A stretch of 64,000 nt of DNA from Micrococcales bacterium (GCA_016719135.1 JADKAV010000001.1:181966-245965); one strand, 5' to 3'. Shown: positions 1 to 16,657, counted from the first letter of the stretch. The notes: generated by a model from the letters alone, not told the origin. Made by a program: numbers and translations.

Positions 1-337
1 TCTGCCGCAGAGTCACCCCTCGTTGCGCCAGCGCATCCTCGACCGTCGCATCGCGTTTGCGGGCGAAGGGCGTGGTGTCGGCGGTACAGAAGACCTCCCG
101 GGCACCGAGTCGCTCGGCCAACTCGCCGAGCACCACCGCCGGATCCCCGGCATGGATCTGCAGCGTCCGGGCGGAAGCCAGTTCGGCCAGCGCACCGTCG
201 AGGTAGGTGGCACGCACCTCGCCGACGTCAAAGCGTGGGTCCCGGACGAAAACCGCCACCGCATCGGGACCGGCAGCATCCAGCGCGGGGTTGTCGGCCA
301 CACGTAGATCCCGGCGGAACCAGTGGATCGCGGGCAT
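1..337 (-). CDS. Deoxyribodipyrimidine photolyase, N-terminal part (gene runs off the left window edge)
   Basis: Not in the ORF track because it is open at the window edge. My minus-strand translation from ATG 337-335 gives MPAIHWFRRDLRVADNPALDAAGPDAVAVFVRDPRFDVGEVRATYLDGAL... This is the classic photolyase N-terminal signature (WFRRDLRxxDNxAL). The ATG overlaps the ideR stop (ATGA, 339-335). Confidence 0.7.
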   Translation of the reverse strand, partial: MPAIHWFRRDLRVADNPALDAAGPDAVAVFVRDPRFDVGEVRATYLDGALAELASARTLQIHAGDPAVVLGELAERLGAREVFCTADTTPFARKRDATVEDALAQRGVTLRQ

Positions 338-1029
338 CAGACGACTTCGACGCTGATGTGCTCGGCCACCCCCAGCGTGACCTCGGCGTATTCACCACCA
401 CTGCCCATCAGCAGCCCTCCGGGCGAGCGGCTGACCTTGACAGTCGCCCCCGGGACGGCACCGGCGCGGCGCAGCGAGGACATCACATCATGGTCGGTCT
501 GCAGTGGTTCGTCGATCCTGCGCACGAGTAACCGGATCGGAGTGGACCCCACCCGAGAGGCGATCTCGGCAAGCGTCGGCGCCTCTGAGACGTCGATGTC
601 GGACTGCGCGCCGAGTTCGGCCAGGCCCGGGATCGGATTTCCGTACGGCGAGGTGGTGGGCTGATCGAGCAGGTCCCAGATGCGCTTCTCGACCGTCTCG
701 CTGATCACGTGCTCCCACCTGCACGCTTCGGCATGCACGTCTTCCCACGGCATGCCGATGACGTTGACCAGCAGACATTCGGCCAGACGGTGCTTGCGCA
801 TCACCGACACCGCGTAGGTGCGCCCGGAGGTGGTGAGTTCCAGGTGGCGGTCGCCGGACACGACGACCAACCCGTCGCGCTCCATGCGGGCCACCGTCTG
901 CGACACCGTCGGTCCTGATTGCCCGAGACGCTCAGCGATCCGCGCTCGCAGCGGGACCGTACCTTCTTCCTCCAGCTCGAAGATGGTACGCAGGTACATC
1001 TCGGTGGTGTCGATCAGTTCGCCGCTCAC
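337..1029 (-). CDS. ideR: Iron-dependent transcriptional repressor, DtxR/IdeR family (230 aa)
   Basis: ORF 337..1029. Translation: MSGELIDTTEMYLRTIFELEEEGTVPLRARIAERLGQSGPTVSQTVARMERDGLV...RKHRLAECLL...HAEACRWEHV. It has the DtxR-type HTH, metal-site residues and a C-terminal SH3-like domain. Confidence 0.9.
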   Translation of the reverse strand: MSGELIDTTEMYLRTIFELEEEGTVPLRARIAERLGQSGPTVSQTVARMERDGLVVVSGDRHLELTTSGRTYAVSVMRKHRLAECLLVNVIGMPWEDVHAEACRWEHVISETVEKRIWDLLDQPTTSPYGNPIPGLAELGAQSDIDVSEAPTLAEIASRVGSTPIRLLVRRIDEPLQTDHDVMSSLRRAGAVPGATVKVSRSPGGLLMGSGGEYAEVTLGVAEHISVEVV

Positions 1030-1315
1030 TTACACATTGTGTCTCAGCCGGGGTCCGGTGCAAACGGGGCGCCGGGCCCTGGCGAACGTGCGTGTGGGAC
1101 GCGATGGACCCGGGCCTCCCTGCGCACGATGAAAACGGCAGTAAACCAGAGAACCCGGCGATTTCCAAACACCTCCGGACATGTTTCGCGCCCCGGTGGA
1201 GATTGACCTCCACCATCCGCTAGCGTGACTCAAACGTTACGTGAAATTACAAGCGTGTCGCTTGACTTTAGGGAACGAACTACCGATGCAACGGAATGAC
1301 TCTGGGAGGCCGCGA

Positions 1316-2320
1316 ATGAGGCGCATGGCCATTGTCGGCGTGGCGACCTGCGCCCTGCTGGCACCGACGGCTCCGGCTCTGGCCGACACCCATCCGATCC
1401 TCACCTCGGGCATGCAGCACTCCGCCGTGAAGCGCGTCCAGAAGGTGCTCAAGGTGACGCCGCGCTCAGGGTACTTCGGTCCTGCCACTCTGAAGGCCGT
1501 CAAAAAGTACCAGCGCAAGCACGCGATCCCGAGGACCGGGGTCGTAGGTCCGCTGACGTGGGCCTCGCTGGACGAACTGGTCACCTCGAAGAAGTCCAGG
1601 AAGGCCGCCAAGAAGGCCCAGAAGCGTGCGGCCAGGAAGGCGGCGAAGAAGGCCAGGAAGCGCGCCGCGAGAGCCTCCGGCAAAGAGACCCTGACTGCGA
1701 TGACGCTGCAGATCGGTGACCGGGGCGCAGCGGTGCTCTTCCTCCAGCAGCAGCTCGGGGTTCAGCCACAGAGCGGATACTTCGGCCCGATCACCCAATC
1801 GTTCGTCCGGGCGCTGCAAACGGCCGCCGGTCTGAGCGCCACCGGCGTAGTGGACGCGGCCACCTGGCGCAAGGTCGGCAAGGTCAGCTTCGCTCCTCCG
1901 AGCACCACGACACCGGCCCCGGCGACGACCACCTTGCCGGCACCCACTTCTGCGACCGCCGCCCAAGTCCTCAAGGTTGCCGCCTCACAGGCGGGGGTCC
2001 CCTACGTGGCTACCGGTTACTCCCCCGAGCAGGGCTTCAACTGCAGCAGCTACACCCAGTGGGTCTACCAACAGGTCGGTATCGACCTCGGTGGCGCATA
2101 CACCGTCTGGCAGTACGACAAGGCGCGCAAGATCACCGCTGCTGAGGCGTTGCCCGGCGACCTCGTCTTCTTCTACAACTACGCGAACAACTTCATCGGC
2201 CACGTCGGCATCTACGCCGGCAACGGCATGATGTGGCACGCGCCGCGCACCGGCCGGGTCGTCAGCCTGGAACGGGTCTACACGGACAAGGTGTACTACG
2301 CCCGGGTCCTGAACCAGTAG
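1316..2320 (+). CDS. Secreted NlpC/P60 peptidoglycan endopeptidase with two PG_binding_1 domains and a polybasic linker
   Basis: Lies in ORF 1241..2320. I place the start at ATG 1316, with GGGAGG 7 nt upstream. Signal peptide MRRMAIVGVATCALLAPTAPALA. Two repeats match GYFGPxT...TGVV...TW. The C-terminal NlpC/P60 core reads GFNCSSYTQWVY...GDLVFF...IGHVGIYAG. Confidence 0.85.
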   Translation: MRRMAIVGVATCALLAPTAPALADTHPILTSGMQHSAVKRVQKVLKVTPRSGYFGPATLKAVKKYQRKHAIPRTGVVGPLTWASLDELVTSKKSRKAAKKAQKRAARKAAKKARKRAARASGKETLTAMTLQIGDRGAAVLFLQQQLGVQPQSGYFGPITQSFVRALQTAAGLSATGVVDAATWRKVGKVSFAPPSTTTPAPATTTLPAPTSATAAQVLKVAASQAGVPYVATGYSPEQGFNCSSYTQWVYQQVGIDLGGAYTVWQYDKARKITAAEALPGDLVFFYNYANNFIGHVGIYAGNGMMWHAPRTGRVVSLERVYTDKVYYARVLNQ

Positions 2321-2588
2321 CGCCGTTTCTCGTTCACGCTCTCCTACGGCGGTTGGGATCTCTGGCCAGGGGGTGCTGGCCTGTCCATGCTGAGTCGCCA
2401 GACGACAACCGGGTGGCCCGAGCAAGCTTTCGACGCGAAATCGGGCATGGACTCTTCCTATTGCAGTCGCGTTACGTTCGTCCGGGCAACACTTCGGCCC
2501 GCGATCTGCGCCCGACCGGATCGCTTGGCATCTGGCGACCTCGCCGACGCTCTTGGACCACCCTCGGCACCCTGCTCGCGCCCCAGCA

Positions 2589-2792
2589 GCAGGCGTTGGA
2601 GTTACGTACACACGTTGGACAAACGCACAGCCGTTGGAGTTGCACGGCCCGCGGATCTCCAACGCCGGTACCGATCTCCAACGTACGTACCCAACTCTCA
2701 CGCCTGTGGGCCAGCGCGGCGCCCACCCCACCCAGCGCAGGCGTTGGAGTCGCACCGCCCGCCGATCTGCAACGTACGTACCAACTCTCACC
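2589..2792. repeat. Nested inverted-repeat element: a full 116-bp copy at 2589-2704 and an internally deleted 56-bp copy at 2737-2792
   Basis: Three left arms (GCGTTGGAGTT, ACGTTGGACAA, CCGTTGGAGTT) are followed by right arms (ATCTCCAACGCC, ATCTCCAACGTA, CCCAACTCTCAC). About 70-80% identical by eye to the element at 29904-30020. Confidence 0.6.
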
Positions 2793-2881
2793 AACCCAGG
2801 ATCCGGTTCGGCCACCGATCAGCCAGCTTCAATCCGAAGCACCAGATTCCCGGCCCCGACCGTTTGGGTAGATTCCGTTGT

Positions 2882-3667
2882 ATGACCGTCCCGACATCTC
2901 CTGCGGCCCTGTCCGTCTTCGCGCCGGGCTGCCTGGCCGGCCGGCACGCTCTGATCACCGGTGGCGGCTCCGGGATCGGGCAGGCCACCGCCTGGCTGCT
3001 GGCCGATCTCGGTGCCAGCGTCACGGTCGTGGGGCGCCGGCCCGAACCGCTTGCGCAGACCGCCGAGCGACACCCGGATCTGATCAGCACGGCCACCGCT
3101 GACCTGCGCGAACCCGATCAGGTCGACGCGATGCTCGAAGGTGTGCAGGCGTGCGATTTCCTGCTCAACAATGCTGGCGGCCAGTTCGTGGCTCAGGCCC
3201 AGGACATCAGCTACAACGGTTTTCGGGCTGTCACCCGGCTCAACCTGGACGCGCCGTGGTATCTCACCACCCAGGTGGCCAACCGGTTCTTCATCCCCGC
3301 GCAGTACGGCAAGGTGGTTTCGATCACCATGACCCCCCACCGAGGGATGCCGCTGATGGCGCACTCCTCGGCGGCCCGCGCCGGTGTGGAATCACTGACG
3401 AGGAACTGGGCAGCCGAATGGGGCCGCTTCGGGATCCGGGCAGTGGCTTTGGCACCGGGCATCGTGCACACCGAGGCGTGGCAGCGCTACGGACTGTCGC
3501 CCGAGCAGGTGGGTGGCGGACTGCCCGCCGGACGCCTGCAGACCGCCGACGAGGTCGCTGCGATGGCTACGTTCCTCTTCTCCCCCGCCGGCGACTACAT
3601 CACCGGCACGACCTTCACCTGCGATGGCGGCTTCGACATCACCGGACCGACGATGTTGGGCGGCTGA
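2882..3667 (+). CDS. Short-chain dehydrogenase/reductase (SDR) family oxidoreductase (261 aa)
   Basis: The true start is probably ATG 2882 (MTVPTSPAAL...). The upstream part of ORF 2387..3667 crosses the repeat region and looks non-coding. Rossmann motif ITGGGSGIG and NNAG are present. It resembles enoyl/dienoyl-CoA reductase-type SDRs. Confidence 0.8.
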   Translation: MTVPTSPAALSVFAPGCLAGRHALITGGGSGIGQATAWLLADLGASVTVVGRRPEPLAQTAERHPDLISTATADLREPDQVDAMLEGVQACDFLLNNAGGQFVAQAQDISYNGFRAVTRLNLDAPWYLTTQVANRFFIPAQYGKVVSITMTPHRGMPLMAHSSAARAGVESLTRNWAAEWGRFGIRAVALAPGIVHTEAWQRYGLSPEQVGGGLPAGRLQTADEVAAMATFLFSPAGDYITGTTFTCDGGFDITGPTMLGG

Positions 3668-3738
3668 CCGACTCACGACGTTGCATCGCCGCAGGGGTTG
3701 GGCGTAGCCTCATGAGCCACCCGGGTACGGAGGTGACA

Positions 3739-4266
3739 ATGCACAAGCTGCCAGTGGAGCTGTCCGCGTTCCACCGCCGCGATCTGAGCCTGGCTGGCTT
3801 CTTGCTGCACGGCCGCTGGCCGGACTCCACGCTGGAATGGTCGCAGGTCCTCGCACTCGCAGTGCGCATCGCCGCCGTCCCCGGCATCCTCGCCACGACG
3901 ACCGTGTTCCGCGCCGTGGACGACAAGCCTGCGGTCGGAGATTCCCATGCTGTGGGCGTGATGGCCAGTGCCGGTCCCGTCCTGGGCGATGACGCCCCTG
4001 CGCCCGGTTCCTTGTCTCAGCCGTGTCCACCGGCACTGTTCGTCCTGCATCCCCCTTCGGAGACCACGGCATCCCTGCCGGAGATCGACGCCGCCGCCTC
4101 GGGGGTCGTATGGCTTCCAGGCGTCCCCGAGCTGGGGCTGGAACATCGGGCGGCATGGGTGGAGGCAGGGGCCGATGGCACGGTCACCCGCCTGATCAGC
4201 GCCTTGGATGTCGATCCGTGGCAGGACCCGGACCTCGCCGTTCTGGCGATCCTGACAGCTGCCTGA
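3739..4266 (+). CDS. Hypothetical protein (about 175 aa)
   Basis: 3' part of ORF 3151..4266. ATG 3739 is preceded by GGAGGTGACA. Third-position GC is high. I recognise no family. Confidence 0.4.
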   Translation: MHKLPVELSAFHRRDLSLAGFLLHGRWPDSTLEWSQVLALAVRIAAVPGILATTTVFRAVDDKPAVGDSHAVGVMASAGPVLGDDAPAPGSLSQPCPPALFVLHPPSETTASLPEIDAAASGVVWLPGVPELGLEHRAAWVEAGADGTVTRLISALDVDPWQDPDLAVLAILTAA

Positions 4267-4356
4267 GTCGCCCGACCCAACGGCGAGTCGTAGTTTGATG
4301 GGGTTCGCACACCAAGAGGGAGCTGGGATCGGAATGGACGCCGGAGCCGACACACT

Positions 4357-5262
4357 ATGACCATCGAGATCCACTGCGGCACCACCCGCGCGCTTCTGGA
4401 TCCTGAGCGCGGCTTCACTCTCTACTCGATGGTGGTCGACGGCTTCGACTACCTGCACACGGAGCCGGGCTTCCCCGAACACGGAAAGGTCACCCACAGT
4501 GGCATCCCCGTGCTCTTCCCATGGCCCAACCGCATCGCCGGAGCGCACTTCGCCTGGGATGGATCCTCCTACGACGTGCCCGTCACCGAACCTGCCACCG
4601 GCGCCGGTCTGCACGGATTCGCGTGCCACGCGAAATGGCAGGTGCTGAACGCCGACAGTGACCGGGCCACCGGCGAATTCATCTTGTCGCGCGACGCCCC
4701 CGAACATGTGACCGACTGGCCGGCCGACGCCGGGATCCGTCTGACGTACCTGCTGTCCGAACGATCGCTGACTGCCCGCGCGAGCGTCTTTTCCCCTGCC
4801 GGTGAACCACTGCCGTTCGGCCTGGGTTTCCACCCGTACCTGCGCGTGCCGGGTTCTTTCGACCAGTGGCTGCTGCAGTGCGACGCCACCGGCCACTGGC
4901 CTCTGCGCGACATGATCCCCACCGGGGAGATTCTGCCGCTACCGCCGGAACTCGACTTCAGGCATCCTCGTGCCATCGGCGGCGCGCACCTCGACGACGT
5001 GCTCACCGGCCTACCGGAAGCGACCGCAATCAGCCGCCGGGCCGCCCTGATCGGGCCCGAAACCTCGATCGAAGTCTCCAGTGACCCCGGCTTCGGTGAG
5101 TACGTGCTCTTCACACCTGGGTCGCGCGACGCTGTGGCCATCGAGCCGTACACGTGCACCACCGACGCGGTCCACCTGGGTTCCCGCGGTGGCTGGCAGG
5201 TCCTGCAACCCACCGAAGAAGCCACGTTCGAGTGGCGCATCGACGTGATTGCGTCATCCTGA
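4357..5262 (+). CDS. Aldose 1-epimerase family protein (301 aa)
   Basis: ORF 4357..5262. The segments ...GIPVLFPWPNRIAGAHFAWDGSSYDV...GLHGF...GFHPYLRV... are typical of galactose mutarotase-like proteins. Confidence 0.75.
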   Translation: MTIEIHCGTTRALLDPERGFTLYSMVVDGFDYLHTEPGFPEHGKVTHSGIPVLFPWPNRIAGAHFAWDGSSYDVPVTEPATGAGLHGFACHAKWQVLNADSDRATGEFILSRDAPEHVTDWPADAGIRLTYLLSERSLTARASVFSPAGEPLPFGLGFHPYLRVPGSFDQWLLQCDATGHWPLRDMIPTGEILPLPPELDFRHPRAIGGAHLDDVLTGLPEATAISRRAALIGPETSIEVSSDPGFGEYVLFTPGSRDAVAIEPYTCTTDAVHLGSRGGWQVLQPTEEATFEWRIDVIASS

Positions 5263-5354
5263 TTCCAGGGATTCACACTTTCGCATCCCCATGACCGCCC
5301 AAGAAACAGGTCATGCGGATTGCTACCGTTCAACTACTTGATCTGAGGAGACAC

Positions 5355-7661
5355 ATGGGATACCTCTCACGGTGGGCTGTGCGCAAACCCGTCATCGCAA
5401 TCATTGCCTGGTTCGCCCTGCTGATCGTGATTGGAGTACTCGGCGGCCGGTTCGGCGGCGACTTGAAGGACTCGTTCGAACTGCCCGGAACCGAGTCCCA
5501 GGTGGCCCAGAACCTGCTGGCTGAGACCGCCGGCGCCGATGCCACCTCCGGTGCCACCGCCAGTGTCGTCTGGGGGGTTGAGAGCGGCTCGGTCGAAGAC
5601 GCCTCGGTGAAGCAGACCGTGGTGCCGTTGATGGAGAAGTTCGGCGACCTACCCGGGGTCTCCTGCGTGACGTCTCCGTACGGGCAGTCGTACGGACCCT
5701 CCTGCCCCGAGCAGCCCAAGCCGGATCCCAACGCACCACAGCCTCCTCCGGAGATCCAGGCCAAGATCGACAAGGCGAAGGCCGCGGCGGCGGTGGCGAC
5801 CTCACCGATCAGCAAGGACGGGAAGGTCGCCTACTCCACGATCGTGTTCGACGGCCTTGATGTCCCTTCCGAGACCGCGTCGACCATCATCGACGACGTC
5901 GAGGCGGCCAACGGCACCAACGACGTGGCCATTGGAGCCAACGGGCAGGTCCTCGCCTTCGCCGGTCAGGAGCCGCCGAGCGGCGAAGCCATCGGCATCC
6001 TGGTCGCGATCATCATCCTGCTGATCGCGTTCGGGTCCGCGGTCGCGGCCGGCCTGCCGATCGTGACCGCCGTGTTCGGCCTGGGTGCGGGCTTGTCCTT
6101 GGTCACGTTCACCGCCAGCTTCTTCACCGTGGCCACCTTCGCCCCCACCCTGGCGGCGATGATCGGTCTGGGTGTCGGCATCGACTACGCCTTGTTCATC
6201 CTCAACCGCTTCCGGCAGGCGGTGATGGCAGGCCACGCACCCAAGGACGCCGCACTCGAGTCGGTGAACACCGCGGGCCGCGCCGTTCAGTTCGCGGGCA
6301 CGACGGTGATCATCGCCCTGCTGGGTCTGTTCGTTCTGGGCATCGGTTTCTTCAACGGATTGGCTGTGGCCGCGTCCCTGACGGTGGCGATGGTCATGCT
6401 GTCGGCAGTGTGGCTGCTTCCGGCACTTCTGTCCTTGCTGGGTGAGAAGGCTCTCGGCCTGCGGATGCCGTGGGCTCGCTCGCGCAAGGAATGGCACCCC
6501 GAGGGGGGCAAGTGGGCGCACTACGGTCGGGTGCTGCAGAGGCGGCCCTGGTTGTACACCCTGGCTGCGGCAGCCCTCGTCGTAGTGCTGGCCATCCCGT
6601 ACTTCAGCATCCGCCTGGGCTTCCCCGACGACAGCGGACAACCGCAGGGAAGCCCAGCGCGTATCGCCTACGACCTCACCGCCGAAGGCTTCGGCCCGGG
6701 CGCCAACGGCCCGTTCTTCCTGGCGGTGCAACTGCCGTACGCGCTGGATGAGGACTCACTGACGAACCTGATCGAGGACCTCAACGCCACCGAGGGGGTC
6801 GCCCGGACGGTTCCCACTGTGGACATGGTTCCGATCTCCGTGACCCCCAACCAGACGATCACGGCGATCCAAGTCGTCCCCACGACCAGCCCGCAGGATC
6901 CTGCTACGGACGAGTTGCTCAAACGGCTGCGGGACGAGACCATTCCGGCGGCCGAGCAGAACACCACGATGCGCGCCTACGTGGGCGGGACGACAGCGGT
7001 CACCGCGGACTTCACGACTGTGCTCTCGGACAGTCTGCCGGTCTTCCTGGCAGTGGTCGTGGGACTCGGATTCGTCGCCTTGACGATCCTGTTCCGGTCG
7101 TTGATCGTGCCCCTGATCGGCGCGGTGACATCCTTGCTGAGTCTGGGTGCCGCACTGGGGGTCACGGTGGCCATATTCCAGTGGGGCTGGGGGGCGAGTC
7201 TGATCGGGGTCACCGCCACCGGTCCGATCCTGCCGTTCCTGCCCATCATGGTGTTCGCCATCCTCTTCGGTCTGTCCATGGACTACCAGGTCTTCCTGGT
7301 CAGCCGGATGCATGAGGAATGGTCACACACGAAGGACAACGCGCTGTCCGTGCGGCGAGGACTGGCCGGCTCCGGGCGGGTCGTGGCAATCGCGGCGGCC
7401 ATCATGTCCAGCGTGTTCCTGGCGTTCATCCCGACTCCGGAGGACACCATCAAACTGTTCGGCGTGGGACTTGCCACCGCCGTGCTGGTGGACGCATTCA
7501 TCATCAGACTGATCCTCGTGCCCAGCCTGATCAGCTGGATCGGGCCGCCTACCTGGTGGCTGCCGAAGTGGCTGGGATTCCTGCCCGAAGTGCACATGGA
7601 GGCCGAAGGCAGCGAGGACGAGATCGTCGACGACGACCCGGAGCTGGTGGGCGCGAAGTAG
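5355..7661 (+). CDS. MMPL family (RND-type) membrane transporter
   Basis: Lies in ORF 5313..7661. Likely start is ATG 5355 (MGYLSRWAVRKPVIAIIAWF...), with GAGGAG 5 nt upstream. Two 6-TM bundles each follow a large extracytoplasmic domain, the typical MMPL architecture. Confidence 0.85.
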   Translation: MGYLSRWAVRKPVIAIIAWFALLIVIGVLGGRFGGDLKDSFELPGTESQVAQNLLAETAGADATSGATASVVWGVESGSVEDASVKQTVVPLMEKFGDLPGVSCVTSPYGQSYGPSCPEQPKPDPNAPQPPPEIQAKIDKAKAAAAVATSPISKDGKVAYSTIVFDGLDVPSETASTIIDDVEAANGTNDVAIGANGQVLAFAGQEPPSGEAIGILVAIIILLIAFGSAVAAGLPIVTAVFGLGAGLSLVTFTASFFTVATFAPTLAAMIGLGVGIDYALFILNRFRQAVMAGHAPKDAALESVNTAGRAVQFAGTTVIIALLGLFVLGIGFFNGLAVAASLTVAMVMLSAVWLLPALLSLLGEKALGLRMPWARSRKEWHPEGGKWAHYGRVLQRRPWLYTLAAAALVVVLAIPYFSIRLGFPDDSGQPQGSPARIAYDLTAEGFGPGANGPFFLAVQLPYALDEDSLTNLIEDLNATEGVARTVPTVDMVPISVTPNQTITAIQVVPTTSPQDPATDELLKRLRDETIPAAEQNTTMRAYVGGTTAVTADFTTVLSDSLPVFLAVVVGLGFVALTILFRSLIVPLIGAVTSLLSLGAALGVTVAIFQWGWGASLIGVTATGPILPFLPIMVFAILFGLSMDYQVFLVSRMHEEWSHTKDNALSVRRGLAGSGRVVAIAAAIMSSVFLAFIPTPEDTIKLFGVGLATAVLVDAFIIRLILVPSLISWIGPPTWWLPKWLGFLPEVHMEAEGSEDEIVDDDPELVGAK

Positions 7662-7860
7662 CGCACGGGCGGGTATGGGTAGCACTGGGAAGTGCGCCGG
7701 GCCCGGTCGGGTCGTGGAATGGCTGCGGGCCGGATTTTCGGTCGGGTGGTCACGGCGCGGATGTGATCAATCAACGATGGCGTTCGCCTCGACCGATCGG
7801 TAGCAGGCCTGGACAAGGGTGCAAACAGCTGCACCCGAGCGACGAGAACCAACCCCGGCA

Positions 7861-7905
7861 AAAAGGAAGGCCCCCGGACGCACGGTCCGGGGGCCTTCCT
7901 TTTTG
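7861..7905. terminator. Bidirectional rho-independent terminator between the convergent MMPL gene and rpoC
   Basis: AAAAGGAAGGCCCCCGGAC-gcac-GGTCCGGGGGCCTTCCTTTTT. A perfect GC-rich stem is flanked by an A-run and a T-run, directly after the rpoC stop at 7909-7911. Confidence 0.8.
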
Positions 7906-7908
7906 CGA

Positions 7909-11740
<3,832 letters not shown>

Positions 11741-11818
11741 GTGGTGGTCCTTTGCTGTCTCGTTTGTGGACTGATTGTTGGACTCAATTGCTTGTGTGCG
11801 GTTGCCCGCGTTGGTCCG

Positions 11819-15260
<3,442 letters not shown>

Positions 15261-15471
15261 GTGAGATCCTTCCGAGGCTCGCGGGGTGCTGGACGCGCAC
15301 ACCACAATCAGCCGTTCTCCGCACGCCGAACGCAGGGCAGCCTTCGGGCGTCGTCAAACGGTTGATCCATGGCATGTGCAGAACACCAGAGTAACTGAGG
15401 TGGGTTGAGGGTGCGACTAGGGGGGCCAACACACAATGGTGACCCCTTCCGGCCCATTCGTCAAGTAGGCC

Positions 15472-15520
15472 GGAAAAAGCGTCTAGCCGGCGTGGAGGCG
15501 GTGGCCCCCACGCCGGCTGG
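15472..15520 (-). terminator. rplL-rpoB intergenic terminator/attenuator hairpin
   Basis: The minus strand reads CCAGCCGGCGTGG-gggccaccgcc-TCCACGCCGGCTAG followed by ACGCTTTTTCC. It sits 15 nt downstream of the rplL stop. Confidence 0.55.
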
Positions 15521-15534
15521 ACGTCAGATGTGGA

Positions 15535-15927
15535 CTACTTGACCGAAACGCTGGCCCCGGCGCCCTCGAGGGCCTCCTTGGCCTTGTCCGCGGCTTCCTT
15601 GTTGACCTTCTCGAGCACGGGCTTGGGTGCGCCCTCGACGAGGTCCTTGGCCTCCTTCAGTCCGAGGCTGGTCAGCGCACGGACCTCCTTGATGACCTGG
15701 ATCTTCTTGTCACCGGCGGCTTCGAGGATGACATCGAACTCGTCCTTCTCCTCTTCGGCACCGGCGTCACCCGCGGCACCACCGGCGGCCGGCGCGGCTG
15801 CCACGGCAACCGGTGCGGCGGCGGTCACGCCGAAGGTCTCCTCGAACTCCTTCACGAACTCGCTGAGCTCGAGCAGGGTCATTTCCTTGAATGCGTCCAG
15901 CATCTCTTCGGTGGACAGCTTCGCCAT
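15535..15927 (-). CDS. rplL: 50S ribosomal protein L7/L12 (130 aa)
   Basis: 3' part of ORF 15535..16221, starting at ATG 15927: [39 protein letters not shown]...[34 protein letters not shown]. Confidence 0.95.
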   Translation of the reverse strand: MAKLSTEEMLDAFKEMTLLELSEFVKEFEETFGVTAAAPVAVAAAPAAGGAAGDAGAEEEKDEFDVILEAAGDKKIQVIKEVRALTSLGLKEAKDLVEGAPKPVLEKVNKEAADKAKEALEGAGASVSVK

Positions 15928-15985
15928 GGTCGGCGTCCTTTCTTTTGTTCCGGTGTCGCCGGAAGATTTCGGGTTGGGTGGGTGG

Positions 15986-16657
15986 TTACTCGGACTCGGT
16001 GGTTGCTTCGGGTTCTGCTGCGGGGGTTTCGGCTTCGGCGGGGGCTTCGGCTTCTGCCGCGGGGGCTTCGGCTTCTGCGGCGGGGGCTTCCGCTTCGGCC
16101 GCGGGGGCTTCGGCTTCGGCCGCGGGGGCCTCTGCCGGCCCCTCCGCCTCCACCTTGGCGCGCAGGGCTTCGACCACCCGCGCTGTCTGGGACAGTGGCG
16201 CGGCGAACAGCGAGACCGCACTCTGCAGAGATGCGTTCATCGCACCGGCCAGCTTGGACAGCAGCACCTCGCGGGACTCCAGGTCCGCCAGCTTGCCGAT
16301 GTCGGCGGCACTGAGGAGCTTGCCGTCCATCACGCCACCCTTGATCACCAGGGCGGGGTGGTCCTTCGCGAATGTGCGCAGCCCCTTGGCTGCCTCGACC
16401 GGGTCGCCCTCGACGAAGGCGATGGCGCTAGGACCGACGAGCCACTCGTCGATGCCCTCCACACCCGCGTCTTTGGCGGCGAGGCGGGTCAGGGTGTTCT
16501 TCACCACCGCGTACGTCGTGGTCTGGCCAAGGCTTCCGCGCAACTGCTTGAGCTGCGAGACGGTCAGCCCGCGGTACTCGGTGAGCACCGTGGCGGACGA
16601 GTTGCGGAACAACTCGGAGATTTCGGTGACGGCGGCGTGCTTGTCAGGCCGTGCCAT
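15986..16657 (-). CDS. rplJ: 50S ribosomal protein L10 with an unusual acidic Ala/Glu/Pro repeat tail (223 aa)
   Basis: Lies in ORF 15986..16705. Start is ATG 16657 ([36 protein letters not shown]...), with GGAAGGA upstream. The C-terminus carries (EAPAAEA)x5. Confidence 0.9.
   Translation of the reverse strand: MARPDKHAAVTEISELFRNSSATVLTEYRGLTVSQLKQLRGSLGQTTTYAVVKNTLTRLAAKDAGVEGIDEWLVGPSAIAFVEGDPVEAAKGLRTFAKDHPALVIKGGVMDGKLLSAADIGKLADLESREVLLSKLAGAMNASLQSAVSLFAAPLSQTARVVEALRAKVEAEGPAEAPAAEAEAPAAEAEAPAAEAEAPAAEAEAPAEAETPAAEPEATTESE

Noticed and set aside
1030-1315. A cyclic-di-AMP (ydaO-type) riboswitch in the long 5' region of the NlpC/P60 hydrolase gene, and an IdeR iron box in the ideR-proximal spacer.
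   Set aside because: Cell-wall hydrolase genes in Actinobacteria often carry ydaO riboswitches. However, I could not find the conserved ydaO core segments, nor a TTAGGTTAGGCTAACCTAA-like palindrome, by eye. A covariance-model scan (Infernal with Rfam) would be decisive.
2387-2881. A 165-codon N-terminal extension of the SDR ORF (and the overlapping ORFs 2233..2871, 2553..2885 and 1985..2815).
   Set aside because: The extension crosses the GTTGGAG repeat elements and has no protein-like composition. The SDR Rossmann motif begins right after ATG 2882.
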